DNA of 64,000 bases from Antedon mediterranea (GCF_964355755.1 NC_092676.1:13658871-13722870), one strand, 5' to 3'. Positions 38,849-52,883 are shown, numbered from the stretch's first letter. Notes: generated by a model from the sequence alone, not told the origin. Made by a program: numbers and translations.

Positions 38849-41365
38849 TCCATAATAGGTAACTTTCATAATTGGCTGTCCAAAATGATTTTTGTTGGCG
38901 TACTTGTACGTTCGTAGTTTATTTTGCGAGTAGAAGTAATAGTTAAAATACTAATTTACTTTCTCTTCAGACTTCGAGGCGGCCTAGGTTTAGGCCTAGT
39001 AGGAGGCCTAATTAGTATAATTATTTAAGTCTCTCTAGCCTCTAGGCCTCTAGGCTAGTCCTGTTAGTTAGGCTACCTCAGGCCTACTACTACTAGCCTA
39101 GTAGGAGGCCTAGCTAGAGTCCATTTGTTATTGTCCACTAACTAGCTTACAGCAGGGGGTACCTCCTTGCTACAGTAGGAATACAAATGACATGGGCTCC
39201 ATATTAAGTAGATAGGTTTCCTACTACAAACAACTAGGCCTATCCTCAGTTATCTATTTTTTTGTTTTTTTATTATTTTAATATGAATATTTTACAGAAT
39301 AACATACTGTTTTACTCGTAACTCTATACTGCAGGTCAGGTCTGGCGGACTAGTCTGTCACTATTCAGTCTTTTAGTTTTACTAATACCACTGCCACCAC
39401 CGCTACTACTATACTTTGAAGACCGAAATCAGCTACTAGCCTAGTCTACTACTAGACCTATTGGTAGTTTGTCTTCAAATCACAGACATCTAGATTGCTA
39501 GATTGACCTATTAAAATTGTTGTTTTTTTATTATTTTGTAAATGAACAGTTAGTAGGTTGGCAGTGTAGCAGAACCAGAGCTATTGTTACTGTATGTTAT
39601 TATGTTATCTATTTAAATCTCAATTGTTTTCTCATATTTTCTGCATGTATTACAGATTGTGTACAGTGTATCTTCTGATCAATGTTATAGTACAGTAGCA
39701 TGGACATTTCTATTAACTAGGGTAAGTAACAGATAGGCCCAACCTACAATTGAAGAAAAATACTTTACATATAACCACACTAGACCTACATCTTTTTTTA
39801 GGAGATTTTTCAATATGACCAAGATACTGTAAAATCCAAAGAAGAAGCCTATTTAGAAAAAGTATTTGTTTGCAAAAGTAATCTCGAAAAGAAGGATACA
39901 ATTTAGACAAACGTAATATTGTCATTACCGTAGTAGAAAAACTTACTGACAATACATGAAAATTAATTTTTAACATTCTGATTTGAAATGGTCTATTCAT
40001 TTGAATTGCTAAGAAATTAAAAGTAGATATTTCTTTTTTATTTCCATTCATTATAAACATTACAATCACTGTACAAAGAATAGATAAATCCACTAACAAA
40101 TTCATGCAGAAAATATAAAAAATTTAATTAAATGTTATATTAAAGCATTCATTCAATAAAGCCTTTATCTTTAAAACATTTAATATCAGTTTTCATCTAG
40201 TGAGTATGGTAATAATTGACTCTGACAACTGGTATAAACTTAAATTTATTAAAACAATCCTACATATCTTTTTTTTAAATGCAATAAAATATTTAAACAT
40301 AACTGTGTCCCACCATACAACATGAAAATTTGTCTCAGCATTACTAAGATTGAAGTTACTTGCATTATACAATACTTAAACATTATTATAGTATTTAAAT
40401 ATTTCCTTTTTTTATTATAGGCATACAGATGTTTGATATTCTGCTCATATACAGTATGCTGTTGAAATGGAAAAGTACATCACTTCAACATAATAACTTT
40501 GATCATATCATCGATCAATAATTATAGTAATAAACATAATAATTATGGTGTATTTTATTTATCTTTGCTATTTTTTAAATTGTAGTTTAACCATGTTTTT
40601 ACACTTTGAAAATTAATATAATTCAGTATTTTTTAATGTGATTTAGATTTTGAATAAACTGTTCTGAATACAGAACAAAGGTGTTGATTGTACACTGCGT
40701 GTATGTAAACTTGATTTATTGTCTAATTCTTATTATTAAACATTAAAATTGATTCATTTAATTAAACAAGATAATAAATGGATGAGATGTGCTGCTGTTG
40801 ATCAACTTCAGACTGGGATGATTTGTCATTTGGCTATGTGGATCCAGGATTTTGAAATAGGGAAGGACCTAAAATGACGAAATGAAGTGCTGAACTGTGA
40901 TGTCTTTTGCAATATTAAATTGATAAAGTTGATTTTTATTATTACTGTTAACAAAACAAAATAAAGTCCAAAGAAAAAAAAATACAACAATTACATTGAA
41001 ACACCAATGCATTAAAATAACAGTTTACATTTTCATTATCTTAAAAAAATAAAACTTCTTCAATATTAGAGTATTATTATGGGGTATTTTTTATTTTTGT
41101 AAAAGAACGGGTGGGTTGGGTGATTTATTTAAACTTGCAATAGTATGGTAAGTTGCGTAATGTCTGTCCGTACTAACATTCAAAACCTAAAATGAAGTTC
41201 AAATTAAATTATTTGTTGTTGAATAAATCTCACATTTCATTATTAGTGGACAATAAAAAATGGTCTAGGCTAGTTGTACTAGAGGTAGCCTAACTAACAG
41301 GACTAGCCTAGGCCTAGGCTACAGAGACTTAAATAAATATAGTTATACTAATTAGGCCTCCTAGG

Positions 41366-44300
41366 TACGGGGCGCCGTATGGGACATTGCTAATTTTGTC
41401 GAAATATTACAATTTTGTCTACACATAATTAATTTTGTCAATACAAAATTCATTTTGTCAACACAAAATTCATTTTGTATTGACAAAATTCATTTTGTGT
41501 TGACAAAATTTATTCTGTGTGGACAAAATTCATTCTGTAACAACAAAATTCATTCTGTGTAGACAAAATTCATTCTGTAACGACAAAATTCATTTTGTGG
41601 CGACAAAATTCATTCTGTAACGACAAAATTCATTTTTTTTAGACAAAATTAATTCTGTGTGGACAAAATTAATTCTGTGTAGACAAAATTAATTCTGTGT
41701 GGACAAAATTCATTTTGTGGCGACAAAATGTATTCTGTGTAGACAAAATTTATTCTGTGTAGACAAAACTCATTCTGTGTAGACAAAATTCATTTTGTTG
41801 CAACAAAATTCATTTTGTCGCGATTTTGTTAGCCGAGCCTACTCAAGCGTGGGACAAAACGTTTTAACATTTAAATTAGAAGGCGGGGTTGTTATTGGAA
41901 ACTCTACAATACAGTACAATTCTGATCACTTTGATACCGATCATTACCCACATAACTCTAGTATCTCCGTAATACTCACCCACCCCTACACTTCCTAACA
42001 CCAGGGAGTTGTAATTACAACTCCCTGCACTCGGGTGACTTTTTGAAGTACAGTAGGCCTATATTGTTTAAAACCTTCCCATGGTTAGGTTTGTTGATAC
42101 GTATTACACGTGCACCATTGTGTGGACGCGTGTATTAGCATTATTTTGTAAAACCCAGCAAACGCAAACTTACCTTCTACAAATTCTATCTCGATTTATT
42201 TATGTGGTCTGTATTAAATTTAAAATATGTTTTGTTACAAATATGTAAATTTTGTATCTGTATATGTTTATATGATTCTATATTTAAATTAACTGTTTTT
42301 AGTTTTTCTATCTAGTTAGGTTTCATATTTACTTTTGTTTTTAGTCGCGTGAAAGCGACTCTATAGTTCACTATGTCGGTCGGTCTGTCGGTCGGTCCGG
42401 TATCACTTTGCGTTTTATCGCGTTTTCTGTACTCTTTGAACTGCACGCGACTTACAGTGGCTGTTGGCCTTGTTTGCTATATGCTTTTGAAAGAAAAATG
42501 GTAAAGCACTTTCTTTACCTCGACTCACGAATCAAACGATTTAAATTGAAAACAGAGTCCGATGCTGTTGTTTGAATATAATAATGTTAAAAATGCTAGA
42601 TATAAATGTTATGTTTCTATGCTTATTTTACAACTTCATGGTTGATTTTATTGAAGTTCAAGTTGAAGTCAAATACAAAGTAAATGAAATTTGCCTTCCA
42701 AGGTTCAAATTACAATAAAAATAACAACAGTTAAAAACATACAATACTATACAATGGATAAGATAATAGATAAGAAATATGCTATGTATAAAACATTATG
42801 AACAGTATAAATATTAAAATACTATATAAAGAATAAAATATAAAACGTCTCAAGTTATCTTTTAAATTGTTTGTTGTATTGCCTGATTGCACACGGAAGA
42901 AATGATTTATTATGATTTATTATACATTGCTAATTGCAATTAATTGTTTATAGGTTTACATTGTTCTTTGTACTTTTGATGTACGTATTCAGTCTTGATA
43001 AGATTGATGTTAAATAAAAATGCATTTTCCACTAATAAAATATGGAGTTGTATCGAGAGAGTATCGTAATTTCTGGCAGAATGGTTTTCGGTCTGGAAAG
43101 GTCATTATTACAATGTCTGGGGTGTTGATATTTATACATCGAATGTTCGAATCGAATCGCCCCATTATTGAAGCTTTACCTGAAGAGGTCCTAGACAACT
43201 TGCGTAATCTTGGAGAAGCCCAGACCCTCAGTCAAACCAGAATGGTTTTCGGTCTGGAAAGGTCATTATTACACTGTCTGGGGTGTTGATATTTATACAT
43301 CGAATGTTTTATGGGCAATCAGTCCTGAACCTAGCCAACGTAGGCTACCTGGCCTACTTACTACTGTAGGTTAGAGGTTATTAGGTTTCGCAGGGTGGAT
43401 GACTGTTATAATAAAACTAACGTGAGCAATCTTTTTTAGTCAGTTCTTTAAATGTTTTTTTCTTCTTCAAATAACGGACAGCTTTCAGCATCATTATTTC
43501 AGCAATGATTATTATTATCTTAAAGATATATTGTCCCCCGAAAAAATGTTTTTTTTAATCTTTTTGTTGAATATGTTATTTTAATCACATAATAGTTATT
43601 CACTTTCACAAAAAATTGGGTCTCAAAAAAAAATTATTTACCTGAAAAAACTGTCATTTAAAGCAAAAAATGGTCAAATTGTCTAAAAGCCAATGAGTTT
43701 TTAGGTAATTTAACTGTTTATTTTGTCTTTTTATAGGTGAAATAATTTTTTTTCTCTTTCTTTTTTCTTATGGAAGTGAACAACTTCATTAAAACTGCAT
43801 AATGGCCTATTCAAAGTCCGATTTTAAAAATCTTTATTTTACATGATTTTGGGAGACAATACATCTTTAATTTTAAAATAAAGTATATACATTTTATAAG
43901 ATTATTAAATAATATTTTAAACGACAAAATATTAAATAGCTCCATTACTACAATTTTACTTAAGTAATTAAGCAGGGCTCTAATGAAAACCATTTTCCGA
44001 TTTTTTAATATAGAATACATTATAATAATAATTATTATTACTGACGACGTAGATATTAAATTGTCAAAGTATGAATACTGATCATATCTGATATTTTCAG
44101 GGGTCCCTGATATTATAAAATATGATGGCAATAGAGACGGAGGCATGCTTAGCCATAATAACTGAACCATAAAAAATGTCAAAGATTCGCGCGCTGTCAT
44201 CATTTATAGCTTCACCCTGTCTTGCCGGCCCTTTTCACGTTTAAACTCCGCCTTCTAATTTAAATGTTAAAACCGAGCCTACTCAAGCGTGGGACAAAAT

Positions 44301-44835
44301 GTTTGAAAAAACGTTTTGTCCCACGCTTGAGTAGGCTAGGCTAACAAAATGAATTTTGTCTACACAGAATGAATTTTGTCTACACAGAATAAAGTTTGTC
44401 TACACAGAATACATTTTGTCGCCACAAAATGAATTTTGTCGTTACAGAATGAGTTTTGTCCACACAGAATTAATTTTGTCCACACAGAATTAATTTTGTC
44501 CACAGAATTAATTTTGTCCACACAGAATTAATTTTGTCGTTACAGAATGAATTTTGTCGCCACAAAATGAATTTCGTCGTTACAGAATGAATTTTGTCTA
44601 TACAGAATTAATTTTGTCAACACAGAATTAATTTTGTTATACACAGAATGAATTTTGTCGAGACAAAATGAATTTTGTCCACACAGAATAAATTTTGTCA
44701 ACACAAAATTAATTTTGTCAATACAAAATGAATTTTGTGTTGACAAAATTAATTTTGTATTGACAAAATTAATTATGTGTAGACAAAATTGTAATATTTC
44801 GACAAAATTAGCAATGTCCCAAACGGCGCCCCGTA
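41366..44835. mobile_element. Foldback-type element with 20-bp tandem-repeat arms
   Basis: TACGGGGCGCCGTATGGGACATTGC...GCAATGTCCCAAACGGCGCCCCGTA; ~500-bp arms of GACAAAATTCATTCTGTGTA-like units; CCTAGG on both flanks. Confidence 0.88.
42338..42475 (+). mobile_element. Short DINE-1-like HINE (family 2)
   Basis: TTTTAGTCGCGTG..GCGACT hairpin, (GTCG/GTCT)n tract, 3' CACGCGACT subTIR then GGCCTTGTTT; related copies at 46880 and 61601. Confidence 0.72.
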
Positions 44836-45113
44836 CCTAGGTAGCCTCGAAGTCTGAACAGAAAACAAATTAGTACTCGCGAAATAAACTACGTACGTAC
44901 GAGTACGCCAAAAATCACCTATTATGGACAACACAATGGATGGCGCACTACTCCAATAAAATCCCCTATTGTGGACAAAAAGTCACCTATTTTGGACAGC
45001 CAATTATGAAAGTCACCTATTATGGACAAACAACAGCGCCCTCTAGTCCCTATTATGGACAGAAAGTAACCTATTATGGACAGAAAAGTAACCTATTATG
45101 GACAGATTTCACC

Positions 45114-46000
45114 ATGGCTACTGTGAGAGCCCCAGAACAATGGCAACCAAAAATGAAACAGTTAACTCCAGCTTTGAAAACTGGCGACAGAATGTATTAT
45201 ATATTTTTTCTCTTGACGCCAATCTTTCACCATTCCTTGCTGACGCATTCACTTGGAAAAAGAAAACCGCAGGAAACCCCACAAGGGGAATACTTGACGA
45301 TGAGGACACTGTCTCAGCCACATCGAGAAAAACCTCGCACCAAAAAAATGCTCAACATGAATATTATGTTAAGCCAAATCGCCAACTTTTGCCCAGTTAT
45401 ATCCAGGAATTCTATTATAAAGCAATCGACATCTCTTTCTGATATTTGGGAAAAAATACGGCAGCGTTTTGGTTTCCAGTCTTTGGGAGCGCACAACTTG
45501 GATCTCCCAAACATCAAAACGCTACCAGCCAAAAAACATCAGGCTGACTCCAAAGCATGTCGCACAGCTATTGTCAACAAGGAACACTGGCCACAGTATA
45601 ACAATTTCTCCAAACAAATGGCTCCTAACCAAGCTTTTAGTAAATCTTCTCAACGACCACACACTTCACCCTCAGTAAGTCAGTGCAGATTTCTTCCAGC
45701 AGCTGATAGAAATAGTCTCGGCAATTCACATTTCGTACACGCAGAAAATGACTGTACAACACTCCCTGACGAAGAACGCTGTATCGAAGACCTCACTCAA
45801 GGTCCACAACATGATCTGCCCACCGACCTAATCGACAAACCAGCTTCAGCCAGCCGAGTCAATGTTATTCAAGCACCATCTCTGAACACATCCTATCATC
45901 ATTTCCCAGTGAAGGCAACACTAGACATTGGTGCCACAACCAATCTCATTCAAGCATCACTTAGTTTTATTGATATGCCTATGACACTGGCAACTCACAT
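45114..46000 (+). pseudogene. Decayed gag-protease of an LTR retrotransposon
   Basis: MATVRAPEQW..KNETVNSSFENWRQN..SLDAN..PFL, QIANFCPVISRNSIIK, and protease-like TLDIGATTNLI, with frameshifts. Confidence 0.7.
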
Positions 46001-46129
46001 TGCCCAATACTGTATACCATTGTACTTTTATTTCTGTATTCCTGCCACTTGTGCACATTATTTTATTTTGCTTTTATTGTGTTTTTTATTTTTTCAATTT
46101 TTGAAAGAAAGGTGGAAGGAAGAGGCGGT

Positions 46130-46450
46130 TGCGCCATCACACTCGAACGCCCTTGTGTGTTTTTGTTGCAGTGTGCGCCACCGTGCGCCCTATCGAGTGA
46201 CATTGTTGTCGCCATGTGTTAGTTGGTTCTAGTAGTAGGCCTAGTGTCGATTGATTACTTTGGTTTATTTATTAAAAGTGTTCATATCTTCGTGAAGTTG
46301 ATTAGTCCTTATTGCCGCAGGAATTTACGGTGGCTGATTTCCGCCAAAGAAAACAATTATTTTATTATAATACGGCGTTATAACGCCGTAATTAGGGCGT
46401 TATAACGCCATATTAGGACGTTATAACGCCGTATTAGGGCGTTATAACGC
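46130..46450 (+). repeat. Dispersed repeat with ATAACGCC minisatellite
   Basis: 46130-46318 matches 36605-36788; 46326-46450 matches 35630-35760. Confidence 0.75.
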
Positions 46451-46879
46451 TGATGTGGTTGAAGAGGTTTGATATCCTCGACAATTACAAGGTAAAAAGA
46501 AATGCTACGAGTGACAATATTAGAGCAATTCTACATGATGCTGCCCACCGTACCTTGATACAGGGAACATCATACATATTATGTAGATGCTGGCACAGCG
46601 TGTTTGTAGAACACTTGAAACCAGCTCTACATATGATGAACATTAAAGATGTCTGTCAAACAGCTATACCAACAACCTAGCGCGTCATAGCAGCGTTAAA
46701 TGTGCCACAATATGCATCAGAAGAATAAAGAAATACGACTAAACTTCTTCTCGAATTTATAAAGAGTCTGTCTGTGGACAAGTTAATGACATTTTTATGA
46801 GATACACTACAGGTAGTTCATTTGAAAATAAGGTTTTTAACTTATGTTAAGGCTAGCCTCTACCCTTACACATAAATAA

Positions 46880-46983
46880 TTTTAGTCGCGTGCAACGCGA
46901 CTCTACAGCTTACTATGCCGGTCGGTTTGTCGGTAAATACTAACTTGAGCACGCAACTGCAGCCATGTATATGGCCTTGCTTT
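46880..46983 (+). mobile_element. Short HINE family 2 copy
   Basis: TTTTAGTCGCGTGCAACGCGACTCTA...GGCCTTGCTTT. Confidence 0.6.
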
Positions 46984-48149
46984 CCAAATTTGTTAGAACA
47001 GATTTTGGTATTACTAGACTGTGCAACAACAAAAAACAATTAATATTGATAATATGACGACTAGAACTATAAAAGGAGACAATATAGTTCTAGTTGTGAT
47101 CTAATTAATATTATTATTAATTAGTTTGAAGGGGTTTCTCAAAGGTTTTTTTTTTAGATTATCTCCTTTTATAGTTCTATATGATCTAATTAATAATCGG
47201 TTTGAAGGAGATTTGTTTTTTTAGGAGTTTGCACTCTGAAGTCAGTATTTTTCCCAGAAAAATCGATGTTTTTCAACGCAAAAACTTGCATTAATTTCAA
47301 TAATTTTGTTTTATAAATTGTCTTCTTTTTAAATATAATTATGTTATTGTTATAATCAATATAAGTGGTTTGCAGGAGGTATGATTTTTTTTTAGATTTG
47401 CGCTGTGAAATCTGTAGGCCTAATTTTCCACAAAAAAATGATTTTTTTACTCAAAAACTGGCAAAAATTACCACCATTCAATATTTTTCCCCATAAATTA
47501 TCACCTTTTATAGTTCTAGTTGTGATCGAATCAATATTAATTGCTTTGAATAGGGTTTGACCTCAAATATGGAAAAAAAAATGTTTCACTATGATTGATG
47601 AAGATGAACCCTATCCCATAATGTTTTCAGTTTTTTTACTCAGTACTAGTAGTAGAGGCTAGCCTTAAATTATTAATAATATGTTATTAAATATCATTAT
47701 ATTTATTTATTTAGTTATTTATATTTCTTTATTTAAGGAGCTAATCAAATGTTGGGAAAGAAAATAAAAGTGCGTTATGTTCAACAGTCTGACTTGAGAG
47801 ACGTCCAGTTGCGCATACATGTGGGTGCATCCTTATATACCTGCAAGTACACATTGTCTAAACGTAACATAGCGCATGCGCATCATCTTAGTTGTTGAGT
47901 CTTTGAAATTCTGAAATATGAATATTAAAACGGAGTACGAGTGAGTAGCCAATCGCATGCAGCTGAAACTAGTCAACCGGATAATCGTATGCACCAAGAA
48001 TTCTTGGTGTCAAACCACGTGACTTGTGCGTGTTTCCTCAGACGGAGTATCCAAAATCAAGTAGTATACGTATGAAACGCCATATGTGCCAAAATATTTA
48101 TCTTTTTACTAATATTAAGACAAAACTCCGTCTGGAACCCAGACTAGGT

Positions 48150-49259
48150 GAAAAGATATCTTGATGGAAATCAATCCAAGTGAAAAGTATTTTTAAAAAG
48201 TAAGATGAAAGAGGAAACCAACTTTTCTATAAGGTTCCATAAAGATATACTCTCTGCGTGGAGTGAATACAATTTTGTAGAACCGTATACGATAGAGGAC
48301 ATCTTAAATCAATCTTTATGGAAGAACTCATGTTTTGATAAAAGAGAATTTAAAGTTGAAAAAAATTGGTTGGTTAAAAATGTAAACTATGTAAAAGATA
48401 CCGTGAACAAAGAAGGGAAAATATTAGAACTAGATGCATTTAAACAAAAATATAACTTTTAAACCAGACTTCTTATAGTATCACCAGATTGTTAATTCAA
48501 TTCCAAAGCTCTGGAAACAGAAATTAATTGAACTAGGTGTAAACACAACTAATGAAGTTGAATCTAAATTACATACATTTATTTCTGTGAAAACGAGAAA
48601 TTGTAATTATCTATAAACACATTATATTAAAAAATGTTGAAGAGCCAATTGGAATTGAATCCAAATGGGAAAGGGAGTTTGACAACGAACTTGATTGGAA
48701 AAACCTTTTGTCAAATGTACACGCTTGTACAAATGACACCAAGCTCCAACATTTTCAATTTAAATTTATTCATCGTATAATTTATACAAATACAATGAAA
48801 TGAAAGGAAAGGCAGGAAACGCTGCTACATATGTTCTTTAAATGTGATCTAGTAAAGAAAATATGGGAAAATGTAAAACAATATATGTATCGAAATATCA
48901 ACAATAACTTAATTATCACCAAAGAAAGTATATGTTTTGGTTTTGGAAAAACACACAGTGATGCAAACACTCTAATTTAATTACAAAGTGGTATATTTAG
49001 TTGCAAAATCAAAGAACAATTACTTAATTATAATCACTTAATTCACATTTACCAAAAATACAAGGCAACCATATTATTATTTACAAAATGATTATTATAT
49101 GGTGTAATTTTGCGATACATTATTTTTCTTTTATATCAATACTCTCTTAGTTTTGAGAGAGTATTATATCGTGTTTCTTTTTATTGTTTAATGGTTACGT
49201 TACCTTTATCTATTCATTTTGTATTATGTATGTGTTGAAATGAAATAAATAAAAAAAAA
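48150..49259 (+). mobile_element. L1/Tx1-type LINE 3' fragment
   Basis: ORF2 C-terminal remnants (ILNQSLWKN, LQHFQFKFIHRII, ETLLHMFFKCDLVKKIW) ending in AATAAA and an A tail. Confidence 0.75.
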
Positions 49260-49564
49260 GATCTCAGATATATCTGAGTTTTCTAGATCTAGAAAACTCG
49301 ACAGATATCAAGATCTGAGTTTTCTAGTTCCAGAACTAGAAAACCCAGATCATCAAATGGATCTTTCCATTATTAATCAGAGGGTAGCTTATACTACAGT
49401 ATTATACGTTTTCTTACTAATAATAATAATTATTGTACTGTGACTTGTTGTAGCAGCCTACGACTTAAATCATAAAGAAATACAGTATACACATTTTAAA
49501 ATGTAGGCTTAGCTTAGCTAAGCAAACTCAATTCAAGGCTCAACGTGTGGGGCGCTATCGCGAT

Positions 49565-52500
49565 GGGTGTCACGAAACCTAAGACCACGAAAGCTAAGAC
49601 CCCCTAAGACCTAAGATCACGAAAGCTAAGACCCAAGACTACAAATATTTATCTTTCGCACCTGCCTTGTATTTTAACTCCCAACATTTATTCTGAATAC
49701 CACACCTTAGAATTAGCACACCTTAGAATTAGCACTTTATGAAAAAGAATCACATAAAAAGTAACAAATACTATAGGCTACATTTTTAAAATTGATGATT
49801 TTACAGACGTTTTTCTCGCACACATACTACGGTTTGCGAATTTCGCATGACTAGCCTACACTATTTAGGCCTACATCATGTGTTCAATGTTTTTGTTTCT
49901 ATGGAACGTCAAAAGAGCAAAAATTATATAGAGTGCTGAAAACTCTGTGGAGTCCATCTACAGTGTGGATGGAACAATGTAATATTAAAATAAATAAATA
50001 CTCGCAAATAAATTTTAATTTAATTTAATTTAGTTTTTTTGTTTCGTTTTCTTTCTGTTTTTATACTTGTACTATTATTGTTGCTCTTTTGGCGCTTCAT
50101 AGAAACAAAAACATTGAGCATGAGGAGTTACAATATTGAGAAACACGTCTGTAAAAACATCAATTTAAAGGATTTATTTATTTGCTTTTATGTGTTTTTC
50201 CTCCTGAAAGTTCTTATATAAGTCCTAATTTTAAAGTGTGATATTCAGAATAAAGTCAGTTAACAAATTTGGATTCAAAATACAAGAAAGGCAGGTGCGA
50301 AAGAAAAACATCCTCTGAACCAACACAATGGAGTAAATATATACCAACAAACTACCAGTCAAGTTTGTTTGTTGTAAACAAAAAATATACATTTACTCAA
50401 CGGGCGAAAATAATGTGAGTTTATCTATGTTTTGCGGTAGTATTTAATTATATTTATGGTAATAAATGAAGCCTACTATATTTAAAATTATGTATGGATA
50501 AACAAGTATTGTTTTTAAGCTGTAGTATCTATATATAAATTTACGTAAGGGCAAAATTCGGTAAATCGCGCGTTATTTCTAGAATGTTTACTCGATGGTA
50601 TATAAAGTTGGTTAGAATCTCGGTACTGATTTAAACCACCAGATGTAACCCTGTTTACTAATTAAATTGAGTTAGATAATTAGTTATTGACAATTAAAAC
50701 GAATTTAGGTTGAACGATTTGCCCCAAATAGGGGTGTTTTCCGACCATAGTATACACTGTCTAATGGATGTCCTCTTAAAAAAATACCTGCACACAATAA
50801 TACGAGGATGCTTCGCATTTTCCTATCTCCTCCTACGATAATTGTTTTTAATAGCTGAAAACCGGTTGAACAGCTCGAGTACAGTATCATAATGTTGAAG
50901 ACAGGCCGGTTTTCTTAAAAAAATACTATTTTGATAGATTTAATATACGTTTATACAAATGTATTGATTTGCGATGAATGGAACATTCCAAATCTCTCAG
51001 ACTCCCAGTTTGTAGGTAAATTTATGTGCCCTCCATGGTTTAACACAAGTAGGTAAATTACTTTGAGAATAAACTTAACACTGAGATATGGCATTTCAAT
51101 ACTTTGACAATATTGTAAATACTGAACGTAATAACTATTTTTGGTCGCCATTTGAATCGAAATTTTCTTACTGTGAATGTGGTTACTGTTTATTGTATTA
51201 ATTAGTAATTATAAAAAATATAAACGTCGTAGTGGTGTATCGTTACATGTACTTTACTATTTCAATCGACTATAACAGGGACAGTTTTAGTTTTTTGGAC
51301 TCATTTTAAGACAAGTTTCTCCTTCGGAAGTAGGTCTAATTCCCAGTGTGCTAATTTTAGTTGACTACATTAATCATCGTGTCTATTTATTCGTTTCTGA
51401 AAACGACGATGTATTTATAGTCCTGCGGTACGTACATTTTTTACGCTGAAATTACTGTGTATTCGAGAACCATCTGTAGACACGACCTAGATGGTACGCG
51501 AGCGAAGCGAGCGTGCCATCTAGTCTATATATACATTTACGTAAGGGCAAAATTCGGTAAATCGCGCCTTACTTCTAGAATTTTTACTCGATGGTATATA
51601 AAGTTGGTTCGTACTTTCGGTACTGATTTTATCCACCTGATGTAACCCTGTTTACTAATTAAATTAAGTTAGATAATTAGTTATTGACGATTAAAACGAA
51701 TTTAGGTTCAACGATTTGCCCCAAATAGGGGTGTTTTCCGATCGTGGTATACACTGTCTAATGGATGTCCATCTTGAAAAATACCCGCCACAAAAATGCG
51801 AGGAGGCTTCGCATTTTCCTATCTCCTCCTACGATAATTGTTTTTAATAGCTGAAAACCGGTTGAACAGCTAGAGTACACCATCATAATGTTGAAGACAG
51901 GCCGATTTTCTTTAAAAAAAATACTATTTTGATAGATTTAATATACGATTATACAAATGTATTGATTTGCGATGAATAGAACATTCCAATCTCTCAGTCT
52001 GCCAGAGTTTGGTTTAACACAAGTAGGTAAATTTATGAGCCCTTGGTTTAACACACACGGTAGGTAGATATATGGGCCCTTTGAGAATAAGCATTTCTTA
52101 CTGTGAATGTTCGTACTGTTAGATGTAATATAAAAATATATACAAATAAACTTGATTACTGAGATTGTGGATAGGCTCTACTGTTAGATATATAAACACA
52201 TTATTATATACAAATAAACTTTATACTGACAGTTCCTTCTCAACGTTTGTATTAATTAATAATTACCAAAAATATAAACGTCGTAGTGGTGTCGTGTACT
52301 TTAATATTTCAATCGATTATGACAGTGACAGTTTTAACAAAGTATTAAATCGCAAATGTTTTACTGTATTTAGATGTAGGCCTATATTATTTATAGGCCT
52401 ATAAAACATGAAAGAAATATTTCGTTTCTGAGTGGATAAAGAATATATTTAAAAATTGTTCTTCTTTGTACCTATCCGCTTTCTCATCCATCAACCCTAA

Positions 52501-52883
52501 TGTTACATACAAAACACAAATTGGGTTTCTTTAAATGAGTCCAAATCAAAAATTTGGACTCATTTTGTGATAAGTTTCTCCTTCGGAAGTAATTCCCAGG
52601 GTGCTAATTTTAGTTGACTACATAAATCATCGTGTCTATTTATTCGTTTCTGTAAACGACAATGTATTATACTGTAGTCCTGCGGTACGTACATTTGAAA
52701 TCGCCAGTTTTGTTACGCTGAAATTACTGTGTATTCGAGAACCATCTGTGGGTACGACCTAGATGGTACGCGAGCGAAGCGATATAGTATCTTATAATTT
52801 GCAGTCTTGGTTTGGGTCTTAGCTTTCGTGATCTTAGGTCTTAGGGGGTCTTAGCTTTCGTGGTCTTAGGTTTCGTGACACCC
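49565..52883. mobile_element. MITE family C, copy 2, carrying a Helitron dimer
   Basis: GGGTGTCACGAAACC termini; 10-bp TSD CTATCGCGAT; body is the reverse complement of 12013-13103. Confidence 0.9.
50528..52787 (+). mobile_element. Head-to-tail dimer of non-autonomous Helitrons
   Basis: 5' TCTATATA, 3' hairpin ending CTAG at 51523; second unit starts TC at 51524; inserted between A and T with no TSD. Confidence 0.85.

Larger units (their letters stand above)
36890..45113. mobile_element. Large foldback element with GTCCATAATAGG subterminal repeats, hosting four nested insertions
   Basis: GGTGAAATCTGTCCATAATAG...CTATTATGGACAGATTTCACC; left arm to ~39090 mirrors 41270-41365 plus 44836-45113; no TSD seen. 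Confidence 0.8.

Noticed and set aside
41395-41830. Regular 20-bp repeats as a CRISPR array
   Set aside because: Contiguous units with no unique spacers, mirrored at 44340-44810 as transposon arms; no cas genes; eukaryotic context.
44940-46232. 430-aa ORF as a real gene
   Set aside because: Chance read-through of TIR repeats, a frameshifted gag-protease remnant and a dispersed repeat.
47786-48146. Possible TAGTCTG-ended MITE
   Set aside because: Left end too degenerate and no TSD could be established.
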